NCBI GenBank assembly: GCA_002269645.1
Contig: NIVC01000303.1
Span: 248,001-312,000, forward strand
Origin: Macrostomum lignano
Taxonomy: Eukaryota
DNA length: 64,000 nt
Reading direction: 5' to 3'
Shown: piece by piece, positions 15,389 to 28,788 of the stretch
Layout: each line of letters opens with the position of its first letter
How positions within the stretch are numbered: position 1 is the stretch's first letter
Translations under genes and position numbers: made by a program
The notes under the pieces: model-generated
The model's input: the letters and a program-made list of their open reading frames with translations, nothing else
Database searches by the model: none
Told to the model about the DNA's origin: nothing

Positions 15389-16033
15389 GGAGAGAGTGAG
15401 AGTGAGAGAGGGAGAGAGTGAGAGAGAGAGAGAGGGAGAGAGTGAGAGAGAGAGAGGGAGAGAGTGAGAGAGAGAGAGGGAGAGAGTGAGAGAGAGAGAG
15501 GGAGAGAGTGAGAGAGAGAGAGGGAGAGAGAGAGAGAGAGAGTGAGAGAGAGGGAGAGAGGGAGAGAGTGAGAGAGAGAGAGGGAGAGAGTGAGAGAGAG
15601 AGAGGGAGAGAGTGAGAGAGAGAGAGAGGGAGAGAGTGAGAGAGAGAGAGAGAGAGAGTGAGAGAGAGGGAGAGAGGGAGAGAGTGAGAGAGAGAGAGGG
15701 AGAGAGTGAGAGAGAGAGAGGGAGAGAGTGAGAGAGAGAGAGAGGGAGAGAGTGAGAGAGAGAGAGGAGAGAGTGAGAGAGAGAGAGGGAGAGAGTGAGA
15801 GAGAGAGAGGGAGAGAGTGAGAGAGAGAGAGGGAGAGAGTGAGAGAGAGAGAGGGAGAGAGTGAGAGAGAGAGAGGGAGAGAGTGAGAGAGAGAGAGGGA
15901 GAGAGTGAGAGAGAGAGAGGGAGAGAGAGAGAGAGAGAGTGAGAGAGAGGGAGAGAGGGAGAGAGTGAGAGAGAGGGAGAGAGTGAGAGAGAGAGAGAGG
16001 GAGAGAGTGAGAGAGAGAGGGAGAGAGTGAGAG
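13165..16033. repeat. 2.9-kb GA-rich satellite
   Basis: (GA)n punctuated by GT/GG, core GAGAGAGTGAGAGAGAGAGG. Confidence 0.98.
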
Positions 16034-16985
16034 ATGTAGCTATACAGATAGAGCTATACATGCAATTTTTCTTGCTTATGTAAAATTTTCCGAAAAAGAT
16101 GCTTTAAAAATCTGTGATGAAAGTAATTATTTCAGATTAATTGATTTATCCCATATTAAAGCACGAATTGCTTAGACGCTAATTAGTTTAATACGGAGTG
16201 GAAAGAATAAACGAACACAAAACAAAGCACAGGGTGCAGAGCAATTCAGAGTATAAAAGTGCAACACGCAGATTTGCACTTTAAGCATCGACTGATAATT
16301 ATCAACGACGCCGAAAAATCACTCAGAAATTGCAGCAGTCTTCATTATTTCTGTACCAACTTTACCCGACTGTAAAAAAGCAACAAAGGAAATGAAATTT
16401 TAAAGCAATATATAGTTCGTATGAGCTTCGCCAAAAAACTGACTGATTTAAAAGCTGCTTATCTTCCAACAAATTTCCTGAAAAGTGGGTGCATTGTATT
16501 TTGTACCTTATTATATCCACACACATGTATGCTACCGTAAAAAATAGAATGTTCGGGCTTAGTACATTGTAGCTCACGTACATGTACTGTACATATCATG
16601 TACTGTCATGACATGCATGCATGTGCATGGTACACTAGACAAGACAGTAAGTTAGTTTAGTTAGTCTAATGGTCCAATTGGGTACACTTTTACATACAAT
16701 GCTATAATTACATGTATAGAGCTATGATTAAGTGTGCTTACATCCAATGGTAAAATAGAATGTACATGTACATGTAGTCTGCACTGCTATTATTTCGATC
16801 CTCAGCTCCATCAAATTCATGCGCAATGCCCAAATTTCAAATATATTCGTAAAAAATCGTATGCATCCAAATCTAGTTGCACCTGATAAAACTATGGGCG
16901 TGTACAGATTGCAATTGTATATACACAGTATGTACACTTTATTGTGTAACACGTACTACATGTATATAGATGTACGTGCACATAT

Positions 16986-19575
16986 CCCGGGTAGCAAAGT
17001 GACGTTGCGCGACGTCAAAATGACGTTGAAAATAGGTCAAAGTGTAACGTCGAAATGACGTCAATTCTGTCGATGTTTTTTACGTAATTTTGACCTAGAT
17101 CTGTGACGTTGTTTTGACGTCAAAATGTACCGAAATTTTACCGTCTTTATTTAATAGATTTAATGGCTTTTAAATGCACGAAATGACTGGTATGATGTCT
17201 TTTAAGAAAACAAATGTTGCTGGCTTTATGATTGATGGTTATCTTTGCATTCTGAAGTCAACTTTCTTTGAATGTGTGTAGGCAGTACATGTACCCATCT
17301 TATTTCTAGAAGCTAATAACAGTGGCGTAGCTAGGAATTTCCTTCCGGGGGTCACAGTCACAGCGGCAACCGGGGGCGGGGTGCTAGGCCTCTGCGACGG
17401 GGGAGGGAGGCTGCTGCCTGTATTTGGCCTGGATCAGCCGGCTGGGGGGGGGGTTCATGACCCCAATGACCCCACTTGGCTACGCCTCTGGCTAATAGTT
17501 ACATTTTTACCAGAAAATATTAAACAAGAATACATGCGGACAAAGCCTTATATTCATCTTCTCTTGTATACATACATATTGTAGACATTGGATTTAGAAG
17601 TTATATTATGGACAAGCAAGCATACAAACCTTAGAGATTTAGTATATTTAGATATAGGATGTTACTTTTCTTCGTAAATTGTTATTTTAACACAAATTAA
17701 GTTGATGCTTGCATATGAAAAATTATGAAAAGGATGGTAATAAATTAAATTTTAAAAGTTGAAAAAATTACAATAGTGCCAAAAACGACAGTACTGACAA
17801 AACAGAATAGAATGTTGAAAACAGTGTCATTGAAACAAATATAAGGATGAAGGCAGCAAACAACAGAACTGTAGAATAAATATATAGAGAGTAGTTGCAT
17901 ATTGCTGCATATTGCCCAGTCTTTCACTCAGAAGATCTACATCAAATTCTTGATAGTCCTCAGTCTCTGAATTGGAGGAGACTGAATCAAATGGTGAATT
18001 GTTATCCTCTTCCTCAACTCCTTCCTCAAATTGACTAGCTGAGACATCCCTTCATGACAACCTGTTCCAATAAGCAGGGATGATGTCATCATAGGAATGA
18101 ATTTTCTCCTCCTCATCTAGGAGTTGGAATTAGTATCATTGATGGCATATAGTAGCAATCTCTCCTGTCCTCTTCACCCAGGTGGCCATCTGAAATAGGC
18201 AGAAAAAAGTATATTTTTGATTTTGACTTATGCATTGGTAAAGTTATATTTTATACATCCATAAATTGCAATATATAAAACTATATTATACAGAAGTCTT
18301 TAGCCTTACTCTTAGTCTTAGGATTTCTATACATAATCCTATAAATCTTTTTACTTTTGTTCAGACTTTCTATTCAACTAAAAAATCTGCTCAACCACAA
18401 ATTAAACAATAGTGCCCTAGCAATTCTATAATAATGTCTAAAATATGTCTAAATATGATTAACAAACTATAGGCTACTTAATGGGGCAAAACATTAATAA
18501 ATATATGTTTTAATATAGAATATAGCTAAGCATAAGTTTGTTAAGGAAATTGTAGCTCTAAGAGTGCTACAATGAGAAATTAGGGCCTACTAAAGATTTT
18601 AATGAGCTAACTAGGAAACTAAAGTATATTTTAAATGCTAGGCCTAACATGAACTTAGCATGTATAATAAATATTATCTCATTAAATGGCTGATTAGTAA
18701 AACTAAGAAACAAGAAATATTAATTTCAAATCAAGTATGCCAAGATTTTTTGTATGATAAACCTAGAAATGCTAGAACAACTGCACCTTCCAAATAAAAA
18801 TTTGAAATTGAATCTTGGATATGATATCTAAGGTCCAATGATTATATATGATTAGGCTGAGAGTAAGACTGATTCGAAAATCAAGCAGTTCTCTGCAAAC
18901 TGTATGTATGTAGGAATTTGATTTCCAGACAATTATTGTTTTGATAGGAATTATGTTTAACTCTAGTAGTTGTAATCAATGCAATACTTGTGGTAGGCAA
19001 GGCTATTATTACTGTATATTTCCAATATAAACAGCAGTACTGATAGGAAATGGGAAGAGAGAAAGTAGGCCTAGTAGAACTAAAAATCATATAGCAGGTA
19101 ACACTAACTAAATAAAAAAGCAACGCCACTTATGATCTATATATAAAGCGATTTATCATGCAGCAAAATATTCAAATATGTACGAGTTTAATAATACGTA
19201 TTAACAAAATAAAACTGTAAAAAACGAGCCTTACTTTTTCCCTTACTTTTTTTCAGTGTTATAAAAATCATTTAATCTACGTTATTATATAGTAATGCAG
19301 CATAGAAACGTCAAATTTTGGGTTCCGTAATGACTAAAGTTTGACGTTGATTTTTCAACCTACTTTCAACGAATATTTTACGGTTACTTCTTTGCTATTT
19401 TAAAGGTATAATTGAGCTAGCAAAATGATGACTATAAATGCATATTGACTCTGGCATCTAATTCTGCAAAAATAAACTACAATATCAACGAAGACGGGCT
19501 GGGGTGAATAGATTTGCGAAGGTAATTTTTGCGACGTCAACGCAACCGCAAATTGACGTCAAAATGCTACCCGGG
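16986..19575. mobile_element. ~2.6-kb non-autonomous DNA transposon with CCCGGGTAGCA TIRs and GACGT-rich subterminal repeats (possibly CMC/EnSpm-like)
   Basis: CCCGGGTAGCA at 16986 and TGCTACCCGGG ending at 19575; multiple TGACGT/GACGTC copies near both ends; decayed acidic coding-like segment at ~17925-18190 (-). No clean TSD. Confidence 0.55.
17320..17490. mobile_element. hAT-like MITE, 171 bp, nested in the 16986-19575 element
   Basis: TIRs CAGTGGCGTAGC / GCTACGCCTCTG (11/12 match) with 8-bp TSD GCTAATAA / GCTAATAG (7/8). Confidence 0.75.
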
Positions 19576-20395
19576 TATAATTATACACATCATTAAAGGA
19601 AAAATTAAAAATATAAAATCTTATGACTGACACAATTCTTCGCGCTGATAGTCACATGTATATCATTTTAGGCATGTTACATGTACATGTATTCACATGT
19701 GTAGGTAAAATGCTGGCTGTTACAAACACAGTACTGACAAAAGCTGAATGGGGTTTCAAATGAGCTGTATACATATCGGCGCATCGATTCTGGTCTTAAT
19801 TAAGTAGCGAAAATACTTAACCTGCAAATCTTACAAAAAATTATAGACCATGTTTGACGATTATGATTTAACATGATGCATAATTCATACATAATAAAAC
19901 ATCATTAACATACATGTGTGTTAAGTACGAACTTGGACGACTATCAGATATTAAGCAAAATTCTTTTGTTTTTGCCTCTGAAGAATACAAAGGGTGCTTC
20001 TCCAGATTATACAATACTTTTTTGTATCTGTGTATATTTCATTGGATCCAAGCTAGGTTACGAGTTTATCCGAAAAAAATTATTTTATTAATAACATAAC
20101 AAAAAATCACATTTGTTGTAGATGTTTAATTGCATGCTATTACTGTAAGAAATGTAATTCAACTCAAAATCTTTTCGTAAAACAAGAACTTTTACAATTT
20201 ACCTATTAGAACAAAATTTTACTATTTTTTTGAATACATATTTTCCAAGAAAATATTCTTTTATCCCGTGAATTTCTCACTTGAAATAGTCAAATAGATA
20301 GAAAATAATTGAAGTTTATTTTTAAAAAAATATTTTTGCAAGAACGATTTTTTTCAGCGAATATTTATCTTAGTTAATATTTCAATAGAATTGGA

Positions 20396-22674
20396 ATGGC
20401 GTCGTCTCAAGCTAAGGACAGGCTGACCCCGTTAATGCGAAAGCTGCGTGATTTTATTTATCAGGTAAATAAGTTTTGAACGGCATCCATATCTTTTCAC
20501 CTACGTTTACGTACCAATTTTAAAAGTAGCCTTCTTAAGCTGATCCTAAAAGTAGTGTGAATTTAAATTTATATTTAGTGTAATTTAGACAGTGTTTGTT
20601 TATGTGTTGACTAAAAATTACCATTTTGCTATTTTTATGGTCATAGTATCAATAACAACTACCTATATTTTTCATCAAAAAACAATCTTATTGCCATATC
20701 ATTGTCAATACCACATATGCAATTTTTAATCCCTAGTCTGTTTATTAGATCTTGTCCCTAGTCTATTAGTGCAAACAATATGAATATGATCTTGTAGCGT
20801 AAAGTATCAATCTTGGAAAGTACATGTACGCTAGATTTATTTTTAGAATTAGAATCTTCAAGAAATTACTTTTTGTAGTGCAAGTTAAAGTTCATTCCAG
20901 AAATTTCCTTTAGTTTAATCAAATGTTAGTTTTACTTCTAAATATTAAGTATAAAATTATTGTTGTCATATTTATTAATGCATTTGTACAGCAGTGTTAC
21001 ATAATAGCATTTAAAATATTTAATTTTGTTGTAACTAACAAAACTTCTAGAAATTTCCGGTTATACTCAGTTCAGTACTATAAATAAACGTAACCTAAGT
21101 ACTCCAACTCTTTAAGTGATTCTTAACTCAGCAAACTCAGAGCCACCACCTTTGCTCTTTATCTGCATCAACCTTCTTTACAATCTGATCTCTAATTTTT
21201 AGTGACTTAATGACTCATTTTTAGACTCATATTTTAGTGCATAGGATGCTAGGTTTTAAATAGTGTTGTACTGCCGCAACTTCATATTTCATACCTCCAT
21301 AGCCATAGCCATACCAAATTTTACCATGCCATCTCCATAGCCACAATTTGTTATGCTTTAGATGGTCAAATCTCCTGTTATCTCCATATTCCAAATTTTC
21401 TTGTGGCCAAATTATAAATTAACAAAATTAACAAAACAACCTGATTTCCAAAGGTGAAAAGCAATAAATGTGAATCCAAAGCAAAAGAAATCAAGCAAAA
21501 AGCCTAAAGTCTTTCAAATTTAGTGATTTGTTTAGTTTGGTGCAACAAATATGGATGCAATCTATACCAGATAGCCAAAATGTTTAAAATTAAAATTTAA
21601 ATGAAAATAAGTAGAAAAACTTTTCTTTACAAAAAAAGAGAATTTTCTATTTAATTTATATAGTTACAGGTAATTCTATATGGTGTAGGCCCTAACTATA
21701 ACCACCAATTGGCAAGATCTCCCTAGCCACAATCCATAACCAATTTTTGATAAAAAAAAGTGCCACCCAGAATTTTCCTATAATTGTAGCCGTAATTATG
21801 GTAGAATACTAGTTTTAAGTATCTAATTTTATTGTAACCAATTCTGTATTGTAATGATACTCAGTAGTGTCAAGTGTAATTTTTCATTTTTTAGCATTTT
21901 ATCATCGCGAGTTTTTGAAAATTTAACAAACAATGTTCTCATTAAATCTAAATTCCTAATCTAGCGAGAGTACAACAATGCACTGCGGTATGCAGACCAA
22001 CAGACTGCTCGGAATGTGCAGCCCATCGATCCACCTGGGGGTGTCAGTCACAAGCTGAGCTCCAACTACTACTGCACCAGAGATGGGAGGCGATTCAGCC
22101 AGCCACCAGAGATTGTGTTTGCTAATTCGGGCTCTGCTATTAAACAGCTCACCGCTGCCACTGGTGGCTCTGGTAGTCTGCCACAACAGGTGAGATTTAA
22201 ATTGATATTTAATCATCTTATCACCTCTAATACTCATGCCATGTGTCCTCTCTGTCTCTCCCTGTGTCCTCTCCCTCACATACCTGTTCGTATCACTCTG
22301 TCTCCCTCTCACCCTCATCTCCCTCTCACCCTCATCTCCCTCTCACCCATCTCTCTCATCCCATCTCCTCTCACCCATCTCCCTCTCACCCCTGCTCCCT
22401 CTAACCCCCATCTTCATCTCACTGCATCTCCCTCTCATCCCATCTTCCTCTGTCCCCATTTCACTCCATTCTCTGTCCCAGCGCTCGTTGTCATTTTAAA
22501 GTACAAGATGTACTCACTAATTTATATAATTTCTAAATACTTGAAAATGCCATCCTGCCCACATTCCAACCCTGCCAGGGTCTGCCGCCAGCCCCAGGCC
22601 GTCAGTTCAACTGGGACCACAAGGCCGAGCCAATTGAGAATTACTGGGGACGTCATAGGAAATTTGTTAATTAA
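20396..22674 (+). CDS. NDUFA7: NADH dehydrogenase (ubiquinone) 1 alpha subcomplex subunit 7, 129 aa, 3 exons
   Basis: Exons 20396-20464, 21965-22189, 22579-22674, all phase 0. Translation [32 protein letters not shown]...[18 protein letters not shown]...[11 protein letters not shown] carries the family signature [16 protein letters not shown]. Confidence 0.95.
22245..22450. repeat. Pyrimidine-rich repeat in NDUFA7 intron 2
   Basis: CCCTCTCACCCATCT variants. Confidence 0.75.
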
Positions 22675-23174
22675 GTTCACATTATTTTCTCTGAATGATA
22701 ACAAACATTGATCCTGAGTGGACATTAACGTAGGTAGTTGAAGGTTCAATAGTCCTGACTAATATTAGTAAATAGTTGTGCGTATTTAGAAGCTTAAATA
22801 TATAATAGGATAATCTATATATAATATTTGCCATATTCGCTATTTAAGCCAACGCGTGTAATTTTTAATTTGATGCAGACGAAAAAATATAAAGCACCCT
22901 CACCTGTACCTTATATTAAAATCATTGCAAGTTAGTTTTCAATAAATATAAAGATGTACCATGTTTGCTTTTATAGTTGTTTGGCTATTTGAAAGTAGTA
23001 TGTTACCAGTAATCAATGGGCAAATTTTACTGTGTTTGTTTTTTAGTTTCTATACAATACTATGCTTACTATACTACTGGCCAAAAGTTATGTTAGTAGT
23101 ATGTATCCTTAGTGTAGTGCAATTCATTTTGTTCATTTGTGTACATTTTTTGTTGAACTAGAGTTTTAATAAAA

Positions 23175-24425
23175 GGTGCTAGAATCGGTGTCATAGATGG
23201 GCTATAGTAAATAAGGGTTGTTATAGAATGCGCCAAAGTAAATTAAGGATGTCATAAAAGGCGTCAAAGTCAAATAGTGAGTCATAGAATGCACTAAATT
23301 GAGTTAGTGCGTCATAGCGTGTGCCAATTTAAATTAGTGACTCATTGAATGCGCCAAATTGAGTTAGTGGATCAGAGAATGCGCGAATTTGAATTAGTGA
23401 GTCATAGATTGCGCCAAGTTAAATTAGTGAGTCATTGAATGCACCAAGTTGAATTAGTGAGTCATACATTTGTAGAATGCGCCAATTTGAATTAGTGAGT
23501 CATAGAATGCGCTAAATTGAGTTAGTGAGTCATAGAATGCGCCAAGTTGAATTAGTGAGTTAATTAAATGCGCCAAGTTGAATAAGTGAGTTAATTAAAT
23601 GCGCCAAGTTGAATTAGTGAGTCATAGAATGCACCAAGTTAAATTAGTGAGTCATAGAATGCGCTAAATTGAGTTAGTGAGTCATAGAATGCGCCAAGTT
23701 GAATTAGTGAGTCATATAATGCACCAAGTTGAATTAGTGAGTCATAGAATGCGCCAATTTGAATTAGTGAGTCATAGAATGCGCCAAGTTGAATTAGTGA
23801 GTCATAGAATGCGCCAAGTTGAATTAGTGAGTCATAGAATGCGCCAAGTTGAATTAGTGAGTCATAGAATGCGCCAAGTTGAATTAGTGAGTCATAGAAT
23901 GCGCTAACTTGAGTTAGTGAGTCATAGAATGCGCCAAGTTGATTTAGTGAGTCATAGAATGCGCCAAGTTGAATTAGTGAGTCATAGAATGCGCCAAGTT
24001 GAATTAGTGAGTCATAGAATGCGCCAAGTTGAATTAGTGAGTCATATAATGCACCAAGTTGAATTAGTGAGTTAATTAAATGCGCCAAGTTGAATTAGTG
24101 AGTCATAGAATGCACCAAGTTAAATTAGTGAGTCATAGAATGCGCTAAATTGAGTTAGTGAGTCATAGAATGCGCCAAGTTGAATTAGTGAGTCATAGAA
24201 TGCGCCAAGTTGAATTAGTGAGTCATAGAATGCGCCAAGTTGAATTAGTGAGTCATAGAATGCGCCAAGTTGAATTAGTGAGTCATAGAATGCGCCAAGT
24301 TGAATTAGTGAGTCATTGAATGCGCCAAGTTGATTTAGTGAGTCATAGAATGCGCCAAGTTGAATTAGTGAGTCATAGAATGCGCCAAGTTGAATTAGTG
24401 AGTTCATTGAATGCGCTAAGTTGGA
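23175..24425. repeat. 30-bp minisatellite (~40 copies) containing TGAGTCA
   Basis: Unit GAATTAGTGAGTCATAGAATGCGCCAAGTT; internal ~481-bp higher-order duplication. Confidence 0.95.
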
Positions 24426-25197
24426 GTATAATGTTTTTATCAATTTGCTGTCGATATACATATACTGCAAGTTGTGTTTTCATTTACGCTTGTTTCTGAC
24501 AGCTGCTGTGAGGAGTCGTGCTTAGGGTAAGTAAGAGTATTTACAGCCATTACAGGTAAATCAATAAGCTACTGCACGAAAATGCAGATTGTTTTACTTG
24601 AAGAAGCCTACAAGGCTACAATGCAGTTTGTATTGTTTTAACTTTTTGTTTTGTGTGTGTTTCTCTCTCCCAACACTTTTTTAGGAGAGTGCTTTTGTCT
24701 TGCTTGCTTCCAGCAATCCTAGAAAAAAACTACATTTGTATAATGGCGTCAAGTACGGCCTGCAGTAGGGACGGCAGTCATGGAAGACAAAATTTGCTAG
24801 CTAAACTAGCTGTATATACTATAGATCGATTCCAGCTTCAGCTAATCCCCCACTCTAATTCTAGTGTCTGTGCGTACAGTGGGGGGTCTTTGAAGGCTGC
24901 TGCCAACAATATACTCAATTTCAAAAAAGGGTCCTGGAGTACTAACAGACATGGTATCTGGGTAAGGGGATTTTCTATCGCCAGAATGCTATAGCCATAC
25001 AGACTGAAACTTCCCCAAACCATCTCTAATTTGTCTTCCCTCGCGACGCCCAATGAAATCTAGCTACTGTACCTATGGCTGAGTGAATGAATTACTAATG
25101 AGCTAATCTATATCGTCAGTGCAGATGGCTAGTATATAGATGACTATTTTAAAAGTTTTGTTACTGTTTGTGAATTGTTTTGTTTCGACCGCTCGCG

Positions 25198-27575
25198 ATG
25201 CAATTTGGTAAGAAGAGCACACGAGAACTGCAGGCGGAACGGTCGAATCGGTTGGAGGATCGCCGGTTGCAGTATCGGTTGAAGAATTTCGACCGCGAGT
25301 TGGGTCACGCGAGTTATTCGATCTACTCAGAGCAGAGGAGCGTAGTTGACTGTCTGGAGACCCTCCGCAAGAGCAGCGGCCACAGCTGCGAAGCTGTCAA
25401 ACCTCTGCCGAACGATCCGGCGCTTCGAGGCCGATGTCGGAGTGCCGGCGCTGTGTTGGCTTGCAGCGGCGCCTGGCGCGTTCAGGAGGCGATGCTGGAA
25501 CGACAGATGAGGCTGCTGACGTCGGCCGGTAGAGTTGGCGGTCGGCGACCGGCGGTGGCAGAAACGGAGGCGACGGTCGATTTTGATAAGTCATCAAGGT
25601 GAGTTCTGGGAAGAGCAACAAGCGAGTTTTAGCGGCCTGTAAAGACACGCGAAGCTGTCAGATACTAAAAAGATGCCAAATCTCAAAATCTGTCAGATAC
25701 AGCGGAAGCTGTCAGTTACCGGAAGCTGTCAGATACTAAAAAGATGCCACATCTCAAAATATGTCAGATACAGCGGAAGCTGTCAGTTACCAGAAGCTGT
25801 CAGATACTAAAAAGATGCCACATCTCAAAATATGTCAGATACAGCGGAAGCTGTCAGTTACCGGAAGCTGTCAGATGCTAAAAAGATGCCAAATCTCAAA
25901 ATCTGTCAGATACCGGAAGCTGTCAGATACCAAAATCAGTTAGATACCAAAAGCTGTCAGATGCCAAAAGCTGCCAGATACCAAAAGCTGTCAGATACCA
26001 AAATCAGTCAGATACCAAAAGCTGTCAGATACCAAAAGCTGTCAGATATAAAAAGCTGTCAGATACCAAATTTCGTTAGATACCGGAAGCTGTCAGATAC
26101 CAAAATCTTTCAGATACCAAAAGCTGTCAGATACCAAAAGCTGTCAGCTACCAAAAGCCGTCAGATATCAAAAGCTGTCAGATACCAAAAGCTGTCAGAT
26201 ACCAAAAGCTGTCACATCCCAAAATCTTTCAGATACCAAAAGCTGTCAGATATAAAAAGCTATCAGATATAAAAAGCTATCAGATACCAAATTTCGTTAG
26301 ATACCGGAAACTGTCAGATACCAAAATCTGTCAGATACCAAAAGCTGTCAGATACCGAAATCAGTCAGATATCAAAAGCTGTCAGATACCAAAAGCTGTC
26401 AGATACCAAAAGCTGTCAGTACCAAAAGCTGTCAGATACCAAAAGCTGTCAGATGCCAAAAGCTGCCAGATACCAAAAGCTGTCAGATACCAAAATCAGT
26501 CAGATACCAAAAGCTGTCAGATACCAAAAGCTGTCAGATATAAAAAGCTGTCAGATACCAAATTTCGTTAGATACCGGAAGCTGTCAGATACCAAAATCT
26601 TTCAGATACCAAAAGCTGTCAGATACCAAAAGCTGTCAGATACCAAAAGCTGTCAGCTACCAAAAGCTGTCAGATATCAAAAGCTGTCAGATACCAAAAG
26701 CTGTCAGATGTCAAAAGCTGCCAGATACCAAAAGCTGTCAGATACCAAAAGCTGTCACATCCCAAAATCTTTCAGATACCAAAAGCTGTCAGATATAAAA
26801 AGCTGTCAGATACCAAATTTAGTTAGATACCGGAAACTGTCAGATACCAAAATCTGTCAGATACCAAAAGCTGTCAGATACCGAAATCAGTCAGATATCA
26901 AAAGCTGTCAATACCAAATTTCGTTAGATACCGGAAGCTGTCAGATACCAAAATCTTTCAGATACCAAAAGCTGTCAGATACCAAAAGCTGTCAGATACC
27001 AAAAGCTGTCAGATACCAAAAGCTGTCAGATACCAAAAGCTGTCAGATACCACAAGCTTACGAGTACCCCATTCCCAATTTGATGGAATCTCTCTGCAAG
27101 GTGCACCACCGCACTGCCAGACCAGCCTCGCCAAGTCCAGTCGCCGATTGTGCAGTTACTCGAAGGCCTGGGCTACTTCGCTTACATTGACACCGATGCC
27201 GCAGTCCGAGGCGGTCGTCGATGCGTCGTTCAACGTCAACCGCTGATGGTTGGTCATGTGGACGAAGATCCGAACGCTGCAAAGTGCACTGCAAGAAAGA
27301 CCTACCGTTTGCCTCAGTGGAAACGGCAGCTTTTAGAAGAGGCCCCGGCGCCACCTCCGGCCCGGCTGTCTACCAGATCAGCTGGCGGGATGTCGCGTCA
27401 GAGTCTGCAGCGAAGGCTGGCCGATCTGCTGCCAGCCGCAACTAGTGCCGGAGGTGCGGAGTTCGAATCGCGTAGAAGAGAGAGTCGCATAGCGCAACGT
27501 TTAGACATGGAGTCGAAGCAGCGAATGAGGCGGGAGCTGATGCCACCGCTGATGAAGTTGGAGGAGGCTGACTGA
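25198..27575 (+). CDS. Hypothetical protein, ~291 aa, 2 exons; N-terminal coiled-coil possibly CCDC190-like
   Basis: Exon 25198-25598 (AG|GTGAGT, phase 2) joins exon 27101-27575 (CTGCAAG acceptor) in frame. GC-rich coding composition; NRLEDRRLQYRLKNFDRE...SEQR motif. Confidence 0.65.
25650..27052. repeat. ~18-bp minisatellite with higher-order structure filling the intron of the hypothetical gene
   Basis: Unit AAAAGCTGTCAGATACCA. Confidence 0.95.
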
Positions 27576-27679
27576 TGATGCTGATGATGAATGAACATTA
27601 AATAGGTCTTGAAATTTTGCCCAATGACTCCTGTTTGAGCAGGCGAGGATCAGAGTCTATGAACGAATCAGAGATCTGA

Positions 27680-27890
27680 GATCAGGTCTATGACCGGATC
27701 GGGGATGAGTGTCTATGGCACTATGGGGATCAGTGTCCATGACCTAAATCGGGGATCAGTGTTTATGACCTAATCGGGGATCAGTGTCCATGACCTAAAT
27801 CGGGGATCAGTGTTTATGACCTAATCGGGGATCAGTGTCCATGACCTAAATCGGGGATCAGTGTCCATGACCGAATCTGGGATCAGTGTC
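27680..27890. repeat. 25-26-bp minisatellite
   Basis: Unit GGGGATCAGTGTCCATGACCTAAATC. Confidence 0.9.
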
Positions 27891-28788
27891 AATAAAAATT
27901 TTGCTGATTTACATGCACTGAAGAACACACTGCATTCGTACTGCTCTTGACTTTTTGACTGACACTTGAAACGCCACACTGACAATAAATAGTTTGCGTG
28001 CGTCTTTTACTGTTTTGGCGGATGACAGATGATTAAGTGTGATAATTAAAATTTATGTTGTGAACGAACGTTTTACTTTCGTGTTGGAAATTTTTCTTAA
28101 AATAGGAATGATGCCATTGCAGGTTCTTTACTGCAGTCAGCTTTCCAAATAAGGAAGTCTTCAGTGGCACAAAATTTTTATTTAAATCTTACATATTTAG
28201 CTCGTAGAAGGATGTCGTCATTTAGAAGCTAAAAATTACTCGGGAAAATTTTTGAGCCGAAGAAAAACTGATATACAGAAGCAGGGAAAAATTTAAGCTT
28301 ATCGAATAACTCGAATTAAAGTGTACAAGTTTGATGCTTTTTCAAAGCTGCATGTAAGCCTGTACGCTACAGCCACGCGTGCAAAAAATCAGAAGTAAAG
28401 GTTTTACATTAAGTAGTCTATTGCAATACATTTACTTTTAAAGTTTAGTTTAAGCTTACAAATCAAGATGATATTATTTGTAAGGCATTATATTGATGGT
28501 AATAAAGTTAAGTACATAAAAGGACATAACAATCAACCGACAAACGGCTTACATTGCCATGTACCATGGCACGCAAAATTTGATTCTAAGGCAACTAATT
28601 ACGCTTTTGTGCGAGCTGAATTATTGAAAAATCCTTGGTAGGATGACTTAGTATTGGCACTACCTAGTCGCTAGATAGCTTTGAGAAACACTTTGAGTTC
28701 CCCGCTGGGGGAGTCGAGTGGCTAGTCTAAGCACTAAATTCTGAGCCACAACTATTAATCTGCAGCAGTACATTCCAGCCCTTGTAAT

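Noticed and set aside
13116-16061. 981-aa Ser/Leu ORF
   Set aside because: Stop-free reading of the GA satellite, with no splice or codon evidence. The same applies to ORFs at 3402-4022, 42155-43735, 45710-46624, 52920-53736, 56618-58268 and 61459-63021.
17925-18190. Independent gene with an acidic exon
   Set aside because: Stops in all frames; lies inside the TIR element, so treated as a decayed TE remnant.
21956-22318. Minus-strand 120-aa ORF
   Set aside because: Antisense to NDUFA7 exon 2.
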